Origin: Pseudomonadota bacterium
GTDB lineage: Bacteria > Pseudomonadota > Alphaproteobacteria > Sphingomonadales > Sphingomonadaceae
NCBI GenBank assembly: GCA_021849075.1
Contig: JAJZTH010000016.1
Coordinates: 1,505-65,504 of the forward strand
Reading direction: 5' to 3'
Length of the DNA: 64,000 nt
Program-made: the position numbers and the translations under genes
Shown: piece by piece, positions 60,858-64,000 of the stretch
Layout of the letters: every line of letters begins with the position of its first letter
Numbering within the stretch: position 1 is the first letter of the stretch
The notes under the pieces: generated by a model
What the model was told of the DNA's origin: nothing
Database searches by the model: none
What the model saw: only the letters and a program-made list of their open reading frames with translations

Positions 60858-61946
60858 ATGTCGAAATCCGTGCGCGCCTTGTTGTTTGCGAGCCTGACGG
60901 TCCTGCTGGCCGCCAGTTCTCCCAGCGCCAGCTCATCGCAGGATGGTTTTGCGCCAGCCATGGCCGCACTTGCCGATGATCTGCCGCTGTCGGTCATGAC
61001 CTATAATGTCATGGGCCTGCCCTGGCCGGTCGCCTTTGGCCGGGATGAAGCGCTGGCGCGCATCGCCGACCGGCTGGCCGGGCTGCGTGCGCAGGGGCGG
61101 CAGCCCCATATCCTGCTGTTGCAGGAAGCCTTCATTGTCGATCCGGCGGCCTTTGCGCGCCGCGCTGGCTACGCTTATGTCGCCGCCGGTCCGGGCGTGG
61201 AGGACCTGGGCGACGCTGCCCCCACGCCTGCCGATCGCGCCTATCTGCGCGCCGCCCGCTGGGATCGGGGGGAGGGGATGGGCAAGCAATTGGGCAGCGG
61301 CCTGCTGATCCTGTCCGACTGGCCGATCGCGGCGGTCGATCGCATGGCCTATCCGGCCTTCGCCTGCGCCGGGTTCGACTGTTTGGCGAACAAGGGCATT
61401 CTGATCGCCCATTTGCGCGTGCCGGGTATGGCGCGCCCGGTGGCGGTGGTGAACACGCACCTCAATGCGCGCAAGGCGGCAGGCGTGCCGATCGCGCGCT
61501 CACAGACGGCTTTTGGTCGGCAGGCGGGCCTGCTGGTCGATTTCGTCCGGGCACATGCGCCTGCGGATCGTGCCATCGTCATCGGCGGCGATTTCAACAT
61601 CGGGCGCGATCCCCGGCGGATCGACGCCTTTTTCGGGCGCTGGGCGCGCGTACGCATGGGCTTCGTCTCGGCGGCGATGGGCGGCGGCCCGCGCGCCTTG
61701 CAGGAAACGGCCCTTGCCGATCCGGCGCAGCGCCGCGATCTGGCCGAAGCGGTGGGGCGCGGCAAGGACTGGCTCTTCGCGCGCGGCGAAAGCGGCGCGC
61801 CCCTGCCGGTCGTCCAGGCCCGCACCCCCTTTGGCGGCGCGCCGGCTGATCGGCTGTCCGACCATGTCGGCTATGCGCTCAGCTACGGACCGCCATCCCG
61901 GCCGTTGCAACTGGCGCAGGCCGATATGCCTGCGGGCGGCCGCTGA
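60858..61946 (+). CDS. Secreted EEP-family phosphodiesterase (sphingomyelinase-like)
   Basis: Signal peptide, TYNV, LQE, SGL, NKG, NTHL, GDFN, DW, SDH. Confidence 0.88.
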   Translation: MSKSVRALLFASLTVLLAASSPSASSSQDGFAPAMAALADDLPLSVMTYNVMGLPWPVAFGRDEALARIADRLAGLRAQGRQPHILLLQEAFIVDPAAFARRAGYAYVAAGPGVEDLGDAAPTPADRAYLRAARWDRGEGMGKQLGSGLLILSDWPIAAVDRMAYPAFACAGFDCLANKGILIAHLRVPGMARPVAVVNTHLNARKAAGVPIARSQTAFGRQAGLLVDFVRAHAPADRAIVIGGDFNIGRDPRRIDAFFGRWARVRMGFVSAAMGGGPRALQETALADPAQRRDLAEAVGRGKDWLFARGESGAPLPVVQARTPFGGAPADRLSDHVGYALSYGPPSRPLQLAQADMPAGGR

Positions 61947-63082
61947 TGCGCGCCGCTTCCCTGATCGCAGCCATGCTTGTCGCGACGCCCGCGCTGGCGC
62001 AGGCAGAGGATTTCCGCCCTGTCGCTGCCGATTTCGCCCTACGGCCCCGGATCGCCTTCGCCATCCGCCCCGCGCCCGCCGTCGCGTCGGCGCAGCGCCC
62101 GGCGCGCATCTACGCCATCGACCTTGCGCCGTCGCCCGCGCAGCCGGCCGACCTGCACCTCGCCATCCAGCGCCGCCGCCAGCGTTTCGCCCCGCCAGGC
62201 GCCGTCCGTACCGACACCCAGCCACGCAGCAGCTTGCGCATCGCCGCCATGCTCTTCGATCTGCCGCAGATGGACGATCGCCTGTCCGCGACGATCGGCT
62301 GGCAGGCGGTCAAGCTGTCGAACAAGGCGGTCAATGCGACATCGCCCTACAGCCGCGACGATCTGCGCGTGCGCGACGATTTCCTGCCATCGGCCGATAT
62401 GCGCTTTGCTGCGACCCCTCGGCTGATGCTCAGCGCCGATTATCGGGAAGGCATTCGCGCTTATGGCGACAGCGGCCGGATCGGCGCGCTGGGCCTCGAC
62501 CAGTCGGCCTTTCGCGCGCTGCGCCTTAGTCTGCGGCCCGAACGCAATAGCCGCGCCCGCATCGGCTTGCGCTGGATGGCGCGCGACGCGCTGCGGCTGG
62601 AGGCCGCCGCCTATGACGGCCATGTGCGCGATTCGCTGGCCTTTGCCGATGATGGCCTGTTGCCCCATAATCTGGGGTCCGCCCATGTGCGTGGGCTGAT
62701 GATGGCGGCGGCGCAGCGCCTGTCGCCGACGCTCGACCTGCGCCTGCGCTATGATCGGGCGCGCGCCGATCTGAACGATGGCGGCGCGCGCACCGAAACG
62801 CGGCTGGCGGCGCAGGGCGAATGGCGGCACGGTCCCTGGCGCGCCGGGCTGACTCTGGCTCGTTCCGGCGCGGATATGTGGCGGCAACAGGCGGCCGCGC
62901 TGCGTGTCGAATGCGGCGTCGACTATGCGCCTGCCGATGCGCACGCGCTGCGTATCGGCCTGCACCTGACCGATCCTGACCGGTTGACTGGCGATCGGCT
63001 GGCCGGGTCGCTGCCGTCCGGGCCGATGCGCGCCGTGGATCAGGCGCGCGCCCTGATGCTGAACGCCGCCCTGCGTTGGTAA
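61946..63082 (+). CDS. Outer-membrane beta-barrel resembling the C-terminal half of a TonB-dependent receptor
   Basis: Signal peptide, FLPS, RPE, amphipathic strands, C-terminal W; no plug domain recognisable. Confidence 0.6.
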   Translation: MRAASLIAAMLVATPALAQAEDFRPVAADFALRPRIAFAIRPAPAVASAQRPARIYAIDLAPSPAQPADLHLAIQRRRQRFAPPGAVRTDTQPRSSLRIAAMLFDLPQMDDRLSATIGWQAVKLSNKAVNATSPYSRDDLRVRDDFLPSADMRFAATPRLMLSADYREGIRAYGDSGRIGALGLDQSAFRALRLSLRPERNSRARIGLRWMARDALRLEAAAYDGHVRDSLAFADDGLLPHNLGSAHVRGLMMAAAQRLSPTLDLRLRYDRARADLNDGGARTETRLAAQGEWRHGPWRAGLTLARSGADMWRQQAAALRVECGVDYAPADAHALRIGLHLTDPDRLTGDRLAGSLPSGPMRAVDQARALMLNAALRW

Positions 63083-63134
63083 TCGCCCTGTAGCATTGTC
63101 ATCCTATGCGCGCCGCTTCTGCAAAAGGGAGCGG

Positions 63135-63950
63135 ATGATGCGGCGTAAGATGGTGATGCTGGCGATGCTGGGCGCGGCGAGCGCCGCCATGGCGCAGGAG
63201 GCCGACGCGCCATCCCCGCCACCATCGCCCGTCACGCTGCGTCTACCCGCGCCCGAAGCGCGACAGGGCGTCGCGTCCGACGGCGTTCATGTCTATGCGA
63301 TCGACAATGACCGGATCGGCAAATATGTCATCGCCACCGGCCAGCGTATCGCCCAATGGCAGGGGGAGCGCCGCCTGTTCCCGCATATGAACAGTTGCAC
63401 CGTGGCGGGGCGCGAACTGGTCTGCGCCGCGTCCAACTATCCCGCCGTGCCCCAGACCAGCGCGATCGAGATTTTCGATACGAAGACGCTGCGCCACCTG
63501 CGCACCGTCAGCCTGGGTTTCGGCCCCGGATCGCTGACCGTGCTGGATCGCCATGCCGGCAAATGGTGGGCGGTCTACGCCAATTATGCCGGCAAGGGCG
63601 GGGAGCCGAACCGCGACTATCGCTACACTTTGCTGGTGCGCATGGACGACGCCTTCCGGCAGGAGGCCGCATGGACCTTCCCGCAACCGGTGCTGGCCCG
63701 CTTTGCCCCCTATAGCTGTTCGGGCGCCAGTTGGAGCGCGGATGGCCGCCTCTATGTTGCAGGCCATGATCGCCCGGAAATCTATGAACTGGCGCTGCCG
63801 CAGGCGGGATCGGCGCTGGAATGGAAACGCACCATCGGCATCGCGTCGCCCGGGCAGGCGATCGACTGGGACCCCAAGATCGCAAACCGCCTCTGGTCCG
63901 TCGACCGCAAGGCAACGGCATTGGTCGCCAGCCAGATTCCCCTGCCATAA
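63135..63950 (+). CDS. Secreted hypothetical protein (beta-propeller-like)
   Basis: Signal peptide AMA|Q; blade-like segments ARQGVA..VYAIDN, SGASWSADGRLYV, GQAIDWD. Confidence 0.72.
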   Translation: MMRRKMVMLAMLGAASAAMAQEADAPSPPPSPVTLRLPAPEARQGVASDGVHVYAIDNDRIGKYVIATGQRIAQWQGERRLFPHMNSCTVAGRELVCAASNYPAVPQTSAIEIFDTKTLRHLRTVSLGFGPGSLTVLDRHAGKWWAVYANYAGKGGEPNRDYRYTLLVRMDDAFRQEAAWTFPQPVLARFAPYSCSGASWSADGRLYVAGHDRPEIYELALPQAGSALEWKRTIGIASPGQAIDWDPKIANRLWSVDRKATALVASQIPLP

Positions 63951-63965
63951 CAACAGTTATCTAAT

Positions 63966-64000
63966 TCCGTTCGGGCTGAGCCTGTCGAAGCCCTGTTCTT
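63966..64000. repeat. REP-like element, copy 4 (cut by window end)
   Basis: tccgttcgggctgagcctgtcgaagccctg, identical to the start of copy 2. Confidence 0.88.

Overview
GC-rich alphaproteobacterial chromosome window; gene content and repeats point to Sphingomonadaceae, probably Sphingobium. Core genes: a DUF853/HerA-like ATPase, degP-hflC-hflK, mrp, hemH, phbB, ilvD, ahpCF, truA-fmt/recR-def-pyrC, tRNA-Arg(TCT) and phoR-pstSCAB-phoU-phoB. Accessory modules: (i) an iron-uptake unit with Fur-like boxes (Fiu/PiuA-like receptor, tonB, piuC); (ii) a ~15 kb catabolic cluster joining a GH3 glycosidase, a TonB receptor, two sulfatases (one frameshifted), DUF1593, an MFS transporter and LacI/IclR regulators to the gentisate lower pathway, with three shared LacI-type operators and no upper-pathway hydroxylase, suggesting breakdown of glycosylated/sulfated gentisate conjugates; (iii) a Pho-box-preceded TonB receptor plus glycerophosphodiesterase; (iv) a RiPP-like HPr-rel-A locus (Tat-signal small protein, GT4, PqqD/RRE, HprK-related kinase, nucleotidyltransferase) with no lasso cyclase or peptidase, a candidate phospho-glycosylation system. 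There are also a MITE-like element, four REP-like palindromes and a plug-less TonB-receptor-like protein. All calls come from motif recognition by eye; no searches were run.
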